DNA of 63,156 bases, the filler included, from Fonticula-like sp. SCN 57-25 (lineage: Eukaryota), in NCBI GenBank assembly GCA_001724245.1. It is 12 parts of 12 records of this genome, joined end to end, with 100 filler letters (N's around TTAATTAATTAA, not from the genome) between each part and the next. Parts side by side here need not be neighbours in the genome. Positions count along the whole stretch, not along the records: positions 10,474 to 16,199 come from MEDX01000618.1; positions 16,300 to 21,435 come from MEDX01000619.1; positions 21,536 to 26,669 come from MEDX01000620.1; 9 more parts are not named here. The stretch is one strand, 5' to 3'. Shown here in pieces: positions 10,474 through 24,654 of this stretch. A program made the position numbers and the translations under genes. Under the pieces are notes generated by a model that was given only the letters and a program-made list of their open reading frames with translations, searched no databases and was not told the origin of the DNA. Each line of letters starts with the position of its first letter. Position 1 is the stretch's first letter.

Positions 10474-11947
10474 CGGCTCCTTCCCGCACACCTCAAACAC
10501 CTTATAAGCCGTATTCTTGATAATCTTTGCGCGCGGGTCGTAATTCTTGTACACGCGGTGCCCAAAGCCCATCAAAAGGCGCTCGCGACGCTTGACCTTT
10601 TCCAGGAATTCGGGCACTTTAGCCTTGTCGCCGATCGACTCGAGCATGCGAAGGACGGCCTCGCAGGCGCCGCCGTGAAGGGGGCCGTAGAGGGCGGCGG
10701 CGGCGCCGGCGATGGCGCTGTAGGGGTCGACCTGGGAGGAGACGATGTGGCGGAAGGCGGCGGAGGAGCAGTTGAGCTCGTGCTCGGCGTGGAGGATGAA
10801 CATGACGTCGAGGGCTTTGCTGAGGACGGGGTTGGGGCGGTAGCCTTCCTCACCAAGAGACTGAGGAAGGGTGAGAAAAGTGGGGAAAAGTGAGGAAAAG
10901 TGGGGGAAAAAGAAGGAAAAGAGAGGAAAAAGAGGAGGAAAAGGGCAGAAAAAATGAAAAAGTGGTGAAAAATGACAGTAAAAAGACGAAAAATGACATA
11001 AAAAAGACGAAAAAAGTGGTTTTCCAATAGACAAATAACACCAAATGACACCAAAAGACATAATACTTTTTTCAAAAAGATCACGTACGTCGAGCATGTA
11101 GAGAAAGTTTTCAGTGTAGGTGAGATCGCGCTGCGGGTTGTTGTACGGGCGGCCGATGCGGTGGCGGTACGAACGGTCGCAGCCTTGCCGAGAATGCGGA
11201 AAATCTGCAGGTTGCGGATCGTGGCATTCTTAAAGATGTCGGGCGTCTGGCGATGCGGTTAGCGCGATGGGGCGATGGCATCGCGTGCGTACGGTGAGCG
11301 ACGGGTTGGCCTCGGGGTGGAAGGTGGACATGCCCGACATGACGCTGATAAACATGCCCATCGGGTGCGCGTTGTAGTTGAACGAGCGCATGAGCTGCGA
11401 GAGGTTGTTGTGGAGGAAGGTGTGGCGCATGATCTGGCGGTTCCAGTCCTCGAGCTCGAGCTTGCTGGGGAGCTCGCCGTAGATGCAGAGGAAGGCGACC
11501 TCGAGGAAGGTCGACTTTTCAGCAAGCTCCTCGATGGGGTAGCCGCGGTAGCGGAGGATGCCGCGATCGCCATCGATGAAGCAGATCTTGGAGCGAGCGA
11601 CGGCAGTGTTCTGGTACGAGGGATCGTACACGACAAGGCCTTCCATCTGCGCAAAGGCGTTGGCCTGAACAGACCGGTCCTCAATCGGCACCTCATAAGT
11701 CTATTAACATGTTAATTATATGTGGGGAAAGGAAGAAAAAGGCGGATCGCACCTTGCCCGTGCGGTTATCGACCACGGTCAGCGAGTTGTTACGGGGGCG
11801 CATCGGCAAGAGGGTGAACTGCTGCGCGGGATTCGCGCTCGAGCTGTTGATCTCCCATTTCTGGCCGGTTTGCTTGTTCTCGACAACAATGGTGTGCGAG
11901 CTGTCCGCAGAGGCACTCGCGGCATACGCGCGAAGCTGATACGCCAT
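10474..11947 (-). CDS. Peroxisomal/bacterial-type citrate synthase (3'-truncated; frameshift near 11172)
   Basis: [61 protein letters not shown] and [16 protein letters not shown]. Confidence 0.92.
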
Positions 11948-12097
11948 TCTGATGTTCGCCAAGCGCCTTTGTCAGATGTTGTGGTGTGAAACTTCAATGC
12001 ACTACTGACCAAGCACAGTGTTGTAGCAATGCTGTGGTGCCACACTGCTGTGGCAACATTGTGTCCAATCTACCGGTGAACTGAACTGCTGACAGCC

Positions 12098-12876
12098 ATG
12101 TCGCGCGGCGTGTATGGATCGTCGACAGCCGTACGCTCGCCCTAGCCTCCTTGCCGTGCTTCTCACACTGCGAACTAGTCCGATACAGAGTTTCGAAAGA
12201 CATGGGATCGGGAAGAGTACTTGAAGCGCGCCGCTGATCGCGAGCTTGCCGAGCGCGGTGGCGGTACGCGCTCCTTGTTGTCTGGCATGCTGCTGACGCG
12301 ATGCCCTTGTAGACAAGAAGCAAAAGACGTCGACAGAGCCCAAGGAGCTGCTCACGAGCCGCGACAAGCTCCTCAATCTTGGGGCGCGCGCCAACACGAC
12401 GCAGCTCGCCGCTGCCCCTGGCGCGCAGACCGGCTTCTACTGCAAGGTATGCGATGTGACGATGCTGGACTCGGCAAACTACCTCGACCACATCAACGGG
12501 CGGCGGCGTACGCTATTTTTTTAGTTTGTGCTGTTATTTGCTGACTTTGTGCGTAGACCTCGCCAAGGCGGGCAAGTCGACAAAGGTGGAAAAGGTGTCG
12601 GTGGATCGCGTCAAGGATCGCCTGGAAGCCCTGAAAAAGGCGTCGGAAAAGCCCCAATACGGTTCGCGCTCCGACTTTTTTACGCTATTTTTCTAAATGT
12701 CTTTGTTTATAGACTTGGCGACGTCGGTGCAGAAGCGGGAAGAGGCTGAGCGGTTGGAAAAGGAAGCCAAGAAGGAGCGCAAGAAGGCAGCCGCCAAGGA
12801 ACCCACGCCCGACCACGACGAGGAAGTCGCGGCCATGATGGGGTTTGGCGGGTTTGGCGGGTCGCGCAAGAATTGA
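12098..12876 (+). CDS. ZMAT2: U4/U6.U5 zinc-finger matrin-type protein (ZMAT2/Snu23), 5 exons
   Basis: Spliced: [36 protein letters not shown] and C-terminal MMGFGGFGGS. Confidence 0.9.
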
Positions 12877-13423
12877 GACGTCTTTGTGTCGCATAAAAGC
12901 ATATTTGTCATAATTTAAGTCAGTTTTACCATCGCATATGTTGTGAAATGAGAGGTGGATGCCCGACGCTGGGATGTGATCTAAGAAGTACAAGTATAGA
13001 ACGGCGATCTGAAGTGTCGCAGAAGCTCAGATGTCAGAATTCTGCTTATGTGCTGCGCCTACCAACGCATCGCGCACATGGTCTCTCAGATGAGCCAGCA
13101 TGAGCATCCTCAAACAAACGGCATCGCCTTCAGAAACGCATCCCCTAGGGGCTGATTCCGTGTCCGTTGCCATGCGCGACCGGATCACCCTCCATATCTC
13201 TGGCCCTCGCTTGTCAAAATGGCCCGCGCGTGTCAACGAACGTCCAATTGTGTGGCTGGCACACCTTCCCAAGAAGGCAAGTGTGACACGTTTATGGGAC
13301 ATGTCAAAACGTGTCAACTGTAGTAAGACGCTTCCTGATTGGCTGTTTCGAATCCAATAAAAGCGTCGTTGTCTTTCAGCGCCCTTTGAACTTTCCCTTT
13401 CATCCTGTCTCTTGTCAGCGAGC

Positions 13424-14949
<1,526 letters not shown>

Positions 14950-15268
14950 ATTTGTTCATGCATCATCCACTCGCGTTGTTTTTTGCTAGTTGTTATCGAG
15001 TTTACTGTATGCACCGATCTGGGTGCTCAATTCATTTCTCGTGGTCGATTTTAATATCATTCCGTCACCAATGATTCGGTGTGGAATTTGGAATATAGTT
15101 TAGTCCCTTCCATACGTTTTTTGACCTACGTTCCACAAAGTGACTCTTTTGGCTTTCGAGGGGTCTAAAAGTTTGGGGTTGACAAATCAGAATCACCCCT
15201 GATTGTTGTTACAGTTGGATCCAACTATATTTCAAACACTCAAAACCTTGCAACGGTTGCAGCTCGAC

Positions 15269-16199
<931 letters not shown>

Positions 16200-16342
16200 N
16201 NNNNNNNNNNNNNNNNNNNNNNNNNNNNNNNNNNNNNNNNNNNTTAATTAATTAANNNNNNNNNNNNNNNNNNNNNNNNNNNNNNNNNNNNNNNNNNNNA
16301 AGTGATTTGCTGACGTCACGATTTGTGCGGGGGGCTGCGACC

Positions 16343-17586
16343 ATGTCAGCAGCCGTGAGGACGCTGGCGAGCCTACCGCGGCGAGCGCAGTTTACAGTGG
16401 CAAGCGGGTTGCTGGGCTCCCTGGGCTCTAGAGCGACCTCTGTGCGTGACAATGTTGTAGTTGAAGAATTCGGAACGGACGGCGATGGACTCGTAGCGTC
16501 GTACCCGGCAGTCGCGTGTCAATGTCGGTTGCTGATGCAATACCCAATAGGCATCATTTGATAAAATGGCTGGCTCCCCCGCGGAACATTCTGGTAATGC
16601 AAAAACCCGGGGACCCGATGACTGATGTCGCGTTCACCAAGGTTGCGACGTTGCTGAATCGCCTCGGCAAGTTCAACGTCGTGGTGGAGCCGCATGTCGC
16701 GGCATCGCACTCGCGCGATCTTCCCGATCTAGTTTCCTTTGACGCCAAGGACCCCCTTGACGAACACATTGATGTTGTCATTGCGCTGGGCGGCGACGGG
16801 ACGCTTCTGCACGTCAGCTCGCTGTTTCAGCAGGCCGTCCCGCCAGTTCTCTCCTTTGCCCTCGGCAGCCTCGGCTTCCTCATGCCCTTTAGTACGCAGC
16901 CTATCGAGTTGAGACCCGTCACTCAACGCACGTTTTTCTATTTTCATAGGCATGAATGACTGTGAAACCACGCTGAGCAGCAGCTTTAGCGACTATGTGC
17001 CGTTCGTGCCGCGCATCCGCCTCCAGTGCATTGTCCATTCGCCGCGATCGCCCGACACCCGTACGCCCGCCAATCACATTCTTGTTATATTTACCTTTTG
17101 TTTCCTTTTTAAGAATATCATGTCATGAATGAAGTGAGTCTTCACCGCGGGCGCGAGCCTTCGCTCGCCTTCCTAGACATCCAGGTCGACGGCGAGCCGC
17201 TGACGAGCACGCTGGCCGACGGCATCATTGTCGCCACGCCCACTGGCTCCACCGCCTACTCGCTCTCCGCCGGCGGCCCCGTGGTCCATCCCAACGTGAA
17301 GAGCATCCTCATCACGCCGATCTGCCCGCGGTCGCTCAGCTTCCGGCCAGTGCTGCTGCCGGTCGACGTCGAGGTGCTCATGAGGCTCTCGGCGCAGAGC
17401 AGGGGGGCGGCAGAGGCGTCGTTTGACGGAAGAAAGGTGGTCGGGCTGCAGCCAAACGACTACATTACCGTGCGCACGAGCAAGTACCCCGTGCCGACGC
17501 TCAGCAGGAAGCCGACGAGCACCGCTGATTGGGTGCACGATATCACAAGCTTGCTCAAATGGAACCAGAAATGGGGCCACAATTGA
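16343..17586 (+). CDS. NAD(H) kinase, Pos5-like, with probable mitochondrial presequence, 4 exons
   Basis: LGGDGTLLH, GSLGFL, NEVSLHRG, ADGIIVATPTGSTAYSLSAGG and LLKWN; Arg/Ala/Ser-rich N-terminus. Confidence 0.9.
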
Positions 17587-17782
17587 GCCATGATATCTAT
17601 TACCGCTGTACATTTGTGCTTTATTTGTGAATACAATAATATGGAATATGGGCAAAAAAAATGCAATGACGCTGTGCGAAGGCAGAACACGACGCGACGA
17701 CCAATCATGTGTGTTATGCATCTTTACTCGACCAATCAAATCGCGCCAATCCGTTCCTGTGTACGGTCCTGGTCCTGCAGGC

Positions 17783-20700
17783 ATGTCGACGCCAGGTTTG
17801 CCAGCGCGACCTCGGCCCGGCGACGATAACGCGTGGCCGGAAAACGAATCTTATGCGGAGAGCTCACATGTTGAAGAGACACCGGGGTGCGCGGATCTTG
17901 GGACGCTTGCCTCTGGCACAGTTGACTTACCATTCCTTGGCAGCGGCATCGACGAGACCCCGTTGAACGGCGCAACCCAAAAGCCTGACCGCTTCACGCG
18001 GCTTCCCGTGCGTCTCATTTCTCTCCTTTTGTTGACTATTGTGTTGTGTTTTATTCTCATCTCTGCCACTTTAGCCGATTCCCGCCACTTCCGCCGAGGC
18101 GTCTCCTGTCAAGTCCGATGACGCCATCTTTCCGTCGCCCCCGCTCCACTCCTCTCGCCCGGCCCCTTCGGCGCCCATTGCCATCCGCACGCTTCCCCCG
18201 GTCCCCCCGAGAGAGATGCCTTCCGGTAGCTACGGCGACGGCTCGCCGTCATCCCTTTCCTCTGGGTTGTCCCCCGCGGTGCCGCAGCCCTTTTCCCGCA
18301 GCGCGTCATCGTCGAGCGTTGCTGTCCCGTCTTCGTCCGCGTCCGCCGCGCCGCCAAAGCCGCTGCCCGCGCGGACAACGCGGCACATTTCGCCGCTTAA
18401 TATGAGCGCGTCGTCCGACGCGCCCTCGGACACCGACTCGGTGCCGGGATCCGCAAAGTCACTTTCGACGTCGCCCGGAACTCAGTTTGCGCACCGCCCC
18501 CTGCCATCAGTCCCCCCGACGCCGTCCCTTGACGGCTCGCTCTCGGCCCCACGCCCGCTGCCGCCGACGCCGTCCTCAGAGGTGCTGGGACCGCGCTCGG
18601 CAACGCCCGTGGCCACCCCGACTGTGTCGCAAAAGCCCGCACCCCGCGGTCTCCCGACGCCCTCTTCCGCAGCGCCAAAGACGCCCGTCGTGGCGTCGCC
18701 TTCCATGCCGGCCCCGGCCGCCGCCAGCAGCAGCAGCTCGTCGTTGCCCGTCGACGAGTCCCCCGTCGGCGACTCGCCCGTGCTTGTGAGCCCTCCCGAT
18801 ACCGCCACCCCGCAGGACGACACGGCAGACGCGACGCCGCTGCCGCCGCCGACGCCTGTGGATCCCGACGCGTGGCGCGACAAGCGCGTCAATATTGTGA
18901 ATGAGATCTACGAGACGGAGCAGGCGTACTTTAAGGACCTGGAGCTGCTGGAGAGCGCGTACATGCGGCCGACGCGAGAGTCGGGCCTGCTGTCAAAGCA
19001 CGAGGAGCACGTGCTCTTTGGCGAGCTCGACAACCTGCTCAACCTCTCGAGCGACCTCATGCAGACGCTGTACCCGGTCATCCTGCTGCCGGTCGAGGAG
19101 CAGCGCGTCGGCGCCTGCTTCCTTCAGCATGTGCGCCACGCCCTTTCATATATGATTTTCTAAAATGTACTCTAGGCTGAACGGCTCGCCAAGACGTACA
19201 CGGACTATTGCGTGCAGCAGGACAATGTAGGCAATCTTTTGATTGCGCTGAGCGACCGCGACGACGTGGTCGACTTTTTCGACCAGTGCCAGGCTCAGAT
19301 TCAGGGTCGGACGACGGCGTGGGACCTTGGCTCGATGCTGATCAAGCCCGTGCAGCGCATCCTAAAGTACCCGCTGCTGCTCAAGGACCTCCTCTTCAAG
19401 GGGACGAACGACGAGCACGCAGAGCGCGCAGAGCTTACCGACGCGCTCGGCAAGATGGTGCTCGCCGCAGAGGGCATCAACAAGAGCAGGCGCACAAAGG
19501 ACCTCGTCCTAAAGAGCCACGCAAAGACCAACGTGCGCCTATTTGCTTTGTGGCTGACCCTTTTGCTGACATGTGAATGGTGATAGACGCAGGAAAAGGC
19601 GCAAAAGCTGCTCAGCGGCGAGGTCAGCAGCAAGGCTGTGAGCCGCGTGGCGCAGCGGATGGCGCAGGTCGTCGGCGCGCGGGCGCAGACCGTCGACGCG
19701 ACATTCGTCGAGCTGGCCGCCTCGTTTGAGCGCCGCCGCACGGGCCTCAACCAGATTGTGTCGACTCTGAACCAGATGCTGGCGTCCATGAAGTCGCTCT
19801 ACGAACAGCAGCAGGACCTGCTGGGCGGCTTTGAGGACTTTATGCTGCTCACGGCGGCGACGCCGTCGGTCGCCAGCGTCATCAACATGAAGCAGGTGAC
19901 TGGCTCCATCCAGCACGTTATCCTTCCGCAGCTGCAGCAGGAAATGCAGCGAACGACATTTGCGTGGCTCGCGTGGCTGCAGCAGGGGTTCGCGTCGGCG
20001 GCAGATGTGATCAGCAAGAGGAACAGAAAGCTGCTCGACTTTGATCGCTGCGAGATGGTCAGGAAGAAGGGAGGCGAGCCCGAAAAACTGCTGCAAGTCG
20101 GCGCCGACGCGTACACTGCCCTCAACTCCAAGCTCATTGAAGAGCTCCCCGCGATGCTCAACTGCGCCAACGACATTGTTGACGCGAGCCTCGTGCAGAC
20201 TTCTGCCCTTCTCGCCAACTTTTTCTCGAGCATCCGCGAGCAGCTGACGCAGACGCTGCACGGCAGCTACCCCAACGCCGTGCTCGACGGCGACCTCGTG
20301 GACATGTTTCTCGAGCGCTTCCTCGCTGGCGGGCGAGCCCTCGTCGACCTGTCTCTGCTCAGCGAGCGCTCCAAGGAGATCATCACGCTGTCCGAGCCCG
20401 AGCAGGCCGACACGGCGGGCAACAAGTTCTTTACGCTCAAGGGTATGTTTTCCTCGGCCCCGAGCCACGCCGACGGGTCAATGACGCTGTCGAGGCGCAT
20501 GCAGCAGCGCAACAGCGCGGCGTCGTCGGTGCGCAGCGGCGCGTCGGTTACTTCTTTCTCGAGCACACACGCGGGGAGCGTCGAGTCATTCGAGGCTGCC
20601 GCGCCGCAGCTGCCGACGCCACGTGGCATCGCGTCGTCGGAAGACCTCATCTGCCTCGACTCGCCGGCCCCGGTCGCATCTCAAGAACAGCTGCAGCAGC

Positions 20701-20969
20701 AGCAGCAACCTCAAGAACAGCAACAGGATCAGCAACCTCAAGAGCAGCAGGAGCAATATCAGGATCAGGAATTCCAGGAAGAGCCGACGCGTGTTCGCGC
20801 GCTCTACGCGTACAAGGCAGAGTCAGAGAATGAGGTGTCGATGGAAGAGGGCGCCACGCTGGACGTGGTGCCCTTTGAGGAGGGCCAGGAGAGCACAGAG
20901 TGGGTGCAGGTGCGGGACGCTGACGGAAAGATCGGCTGGGTCCCGAGCAACTACGTAGAATACTGTTGA
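17783..20969 (+). CDS. Rho GEF with Pro-rich N-terminus, DH, BAR and C-terminal SH3 domains (Tuba/DNMBP/ARHGEF37-38-like)
   Basis: NEIYETEQAYFKDL, WDLGSMLIKPVQRILKYPLLL, BAR-type ISKRNRKLLDFD and SH3 ALYAY.AESENEVSM...EW......GWVPSNYV; phase-compatible introns. Confidence 0.85.
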
Positions 20970-21129
20970 TCATCGTGCTTGCAATCATCATCGCTTTGAG
21001 TAGAATTTGTTATGAATTATGTTATTATTAATGTTGCTATCATTATGGGTGTGTTAATGAAAATGAAAACAATTTACACGAAATGCGGCATCATTACAGA
21101 CTAAAGGTAAAAATACATGGCATTTGGGA

Positions 21130-21435
21130 TCACTTTGCAGCGGTCTTGGCAACCTTGTACATCTTTGTTCGCGGCAGAATCTGGTATTGTTTCTTGGAGA
21201 GTTTGTTGTTGGCAAACATGAGCCGCCCGTCGGACCGCCTCAGCTGCGCGTGGACACCCTTGGCGCCGCTGGCGAGCTCGACCACCTCGCTCTCCGAGAT
21301 CGGCTCCAAGTCCTTGACGTTCGCCGCCAGCAGCTTAATGAGCATCTCTGTGTCGACAATGCGGTGCTGGCTCACAAGCGCAGACATTGCTCGCTGAATG
21401 GCAGCAGGGTTGCTCGTCTGCAGCTGCGGAGCGGC
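21130..21435 (-). CDS. C-terminal fragment of a hypothetical protein
   Basis: Open frame from the contig edge to TGA 21130 with GC3-rich codons; no family recognised. Confidence 0.5.
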   Translation of the reverse strand, partial: AAPQLQTSNPAAIQRAMSALVSQHRIVDTEMLIKLLAANVKDLEPISESEVVELASGAKGVHAQLRRSDGRLMFANNKLSKKQYQILPRTKMYKVAKTAAK

Positions 21436-21833
21436 NNNNNNNNNNNNNNNNNNNNNNNNNNNNNNNNNNNNNNNNNNNNTTAATTAATTAANNNNNNNNN
21501 NNNNNNNNNNNNNNNNNNNNNNNNNNNNNNNNNNNCTTGTGCTTCTTCGCGCCTAGGCAAGACATTTGGGAAAAAAGTAACAGTAAAAACAATAATAGGA
21601 AAAAAAGAGTAGCGATAGAGCAAGGTAAAGTAAAGAAAAAGGGCAATTCATAGAGATGTTTATGTAGATGTTTGATTTGAATGTGTAGACTCGGTAATTC
21701 GCGCTTCTTTTCATCTCTTTTCGCGCGCGCGGCGGCGGCATCGCCGTCACTCAACAACAACAGACACGCAATCGTCCTTGTTTTAATAATCTCACCTCAT
21801 ATTCTTCTTCTTTTCAGTTTGCACTTTGCACTC

Positions 21834-23632
21834 TCACGACGACTCTGCCTCGCTCTTTTCCGCCGCCTTTTCCACGATCTTTTCGGCGGTCTTTTCGGCG
21901 ATCTTGTCCGACGTCGTCTCGGCCGACTTTTCCTCTGCCGACTCGGCGGCCGACGCGGCCTTTTCGGCGGCGGCCTTTTCGGCAGCGGCCTTCTTTGTCG
22001 CCTTTTGCTTCAGAATCTCGGCGTAGCTCAGTGTTGTCGAGCCGCTCGCTGCTGTCGTCGTCGTCGATGTCGTCGTCTGAGCAGCAGCAGCAGCAGCAGA
22101 AGCAGAAGCAGCGGCCTTGGCGGCGGCCTTTTCCTTGTCCTCGTCGGCCTTGCCCGCCTTGGCGGCGGCCTTTTCGGCGGCCTGGCGCGGCTGCTTTGCA
22201 CTCTGCTGCTTGGCGCCCTCAGCCGCCACTTCCTTCACTGTCGTCGTCTCCTTGGCCGCCGCCACAGCAGCAGGCTTGGGCGCCTCCGACGTCACGTCAG
22301 AGTACTTTTTCGAGAGCGCGAGCGCGGCATTGACCGACGCCGCCGACGCCGCAGAGGCGCCGCCGAGCGGCGGGAACGCGTCCGGGCCGAGCGCGACGGG
22401 CGCCCTCCTGCCCTGCGACGACGAAGAAGTGCTGGAAGCAGCAGCAGCGCCGTCAGCGGCGGCACCGCTGTTGTGCGAGCGGCGCTTGGGCTGGCGCGTC
22501 GCAGAAGACGCTGAAGCATTGCCGGCATCGCGCCCGCCGCGCGCCGCGCCCGCGTTGGCCGTCGACGCTCTCCGCGAGCCGCCGTGGTGACCGTTGGCCT
22601 GCGGCGCCGCGGCGCCTGTCGACGCAGCGCCAGTGCCCGCCGCCGCGCCAAACTGCTGCTGCTGCTGCGCGCCACCCGCCGGCGCCGGGTACCTCGCGCC
22701 GCCGCGGCCGCCCGCGTAGGCGCCGCCCGCCCCCCCCGCCGCTCCGCGACGCGCGCCGCGGTCCTGGCGAGCGCCGCCGCCCGCCGCAAACTGCGCCTGC
22801 GCGGCCGCCTGCTGCTGCGCGTCGGCGCCCTCGTACATGTAAAACTGGTTGTAGGGCGGCCGCGAGTAGGTGTAGGCGCCGCCGTACATGTGGTAGTCAT
22901 TCTTGTTGGTCTGGCCGTCATAGTTGTACGTGACGTGCGCCTCGGTCGTCGGCAGCGCGAGCGAGAAATTGGTGACGGACGGGTCGTACGTGCTCCTGAG
23001 GAGGTTCTCGCTCTTGAGGCCGGCGCGGACGCGCGCGCCGCGGACAGACTGGGCGAGGGCGACCTCGAGGGCGGCGGTCGCGTGCACCTCAGAGGCAAAA
23101 GTCACAAAGTACGTGTTGCCGACGTCGGGGCGTAATGACCGGATCTCGGCGGACGTCGCGGACGAAAAGATGGCGCGCACTTCCTCTTCCTTGATGTCGT
23201 CGGGGAGGCTGCGGACAATGATCGTGCAGCGCTCGAGCTTGATGCTCGCGGGCTTTACGTACGTCGCGGTCTCGTCGACGGTGAAGAGCTTGGAGGCCCG
23301 CAACACCTCGACGATCACGGAGCGATCCTCGGTCAAATTCTTAACAAGCTTGAAGCCAGCAACAAAATCAATCGGGACAGAGAGGTCCGTGCGCATGTGC
23401 GACACAAGGTAAGAGTCGGACTGGAGATGCTCCTTGCTAAAGTAAAACTCGAGCTGCTTCAGAAGAGCAGCGCGAAGCTCGGCACCCTCTGTTGAAAAAG
23501 CTACAGTCAGCAAAAAGACACATAACCAAAGACAATAGACGGACCTAGTGGCACCTTGACCTCGGGGGTGGCGGCATCAACATTGTCCACCGGCGCCGCA
23601 GGGGCCACAACATCACCTACAGAGTTGGCCAT
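21834..23632 (-). CDS. La-related protein (LARP4-like: La motif + RRM + RGG/low-complexity tail)
   Basis: LLKQLEFYFSKEHL.SD.YL...M, CTIIVRSLP, YFVTF.SE..A..A and FPPL motif; one intron after ATG 23632. Confidence 0.88.
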
Positions 23633-24654
23633 TGGGATTACAGATGCACTCGGGAAAGAGTGCAAGAAAAGTATACAAAACGCGCTTCCAATATCTGAAC
23701 GCGGCAAGCGAAAGGGTGTCAGCACGCGCGCGGAACGATCGCCAAGCGATGACGCACGGGAAAGCGCGGGGACGACACGTGGTCAAGGGAGAGATGGAGC
23801 AAAAGTGGACGATCGACGCGCTCAGACAAGCGCGACAACAGTTCTCACGAGAAAGCACAAGGTACGCGAGCACGCAAAGGACGCTCGGGTAGCTGGGACG
23901 AAACGCGCGACGGACAACCGAGATTACTCGTCACGGCTCCACGTAGCAAGGGATCGCAACGTGTGCCACGCGTTAATCAGTCAGCGGGGTCGCGGAAGCG
24001 GCGCGGTTGGGACAGCAACACACCGCAGTCACAAGAACAAGAGACAGAACAGCCGTAAAGCTAGTCAAGCGCGGCAGCAACACGGATGCCTCCCGCCTCT
24101 CTTTTGTCTCTTTCCACGCGGTCACACACCAGATGACACGGCTGCAAGAAAAGCGGCAATCAGTCGCCCGCCCGTATTCAAAGCAGTGCACGGTACCTGT
24201 GAAACCAACAGCACGGCCAAACACTCTGCACGCACAAAGGCTAGCGCGAGGGCGATCACCACCGACAAAGGATTGTGCAGCGGCGGCCAAAGGCTCCGTC
24301 CACTTCGGGTCGGGTCTTTGAACAACGAAAGTGGGTGTGAGACGATTCCAGAGACGATTTTCATAGTGTGCAAACGGCGGGAAAAGGGGACCACGAGGTT
24401 GAGTTCGGAGGGGATCAAGTGTTTCAGAGATCGTATGTCACTTGGCATCCACCTCGATTTCGGCGCATGCTGCATGCATCACGTGGAAAGCAAACTGGCC
24501 AGTTTGCGTCTTTGATGACTGTGCTTTCCTCCAATCTGACGGGGGGACGGAAAGCGTGCCACCTGTTGTATTTCCCTATCGAATAGCCGCTTCGGGTAGA
24601 CGATTTACAGTCACCCCGGACTCGCTGTTCAAAAGTGCGCGCGCGTTTGGCGCG

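Noticed and set aside
23556-24515. 319-aa plus-strand ORF between LARP and CDC16
   Set aside because: TTG start, no codon bias or domain; it lies over the LARP 5' region and shared promoter.
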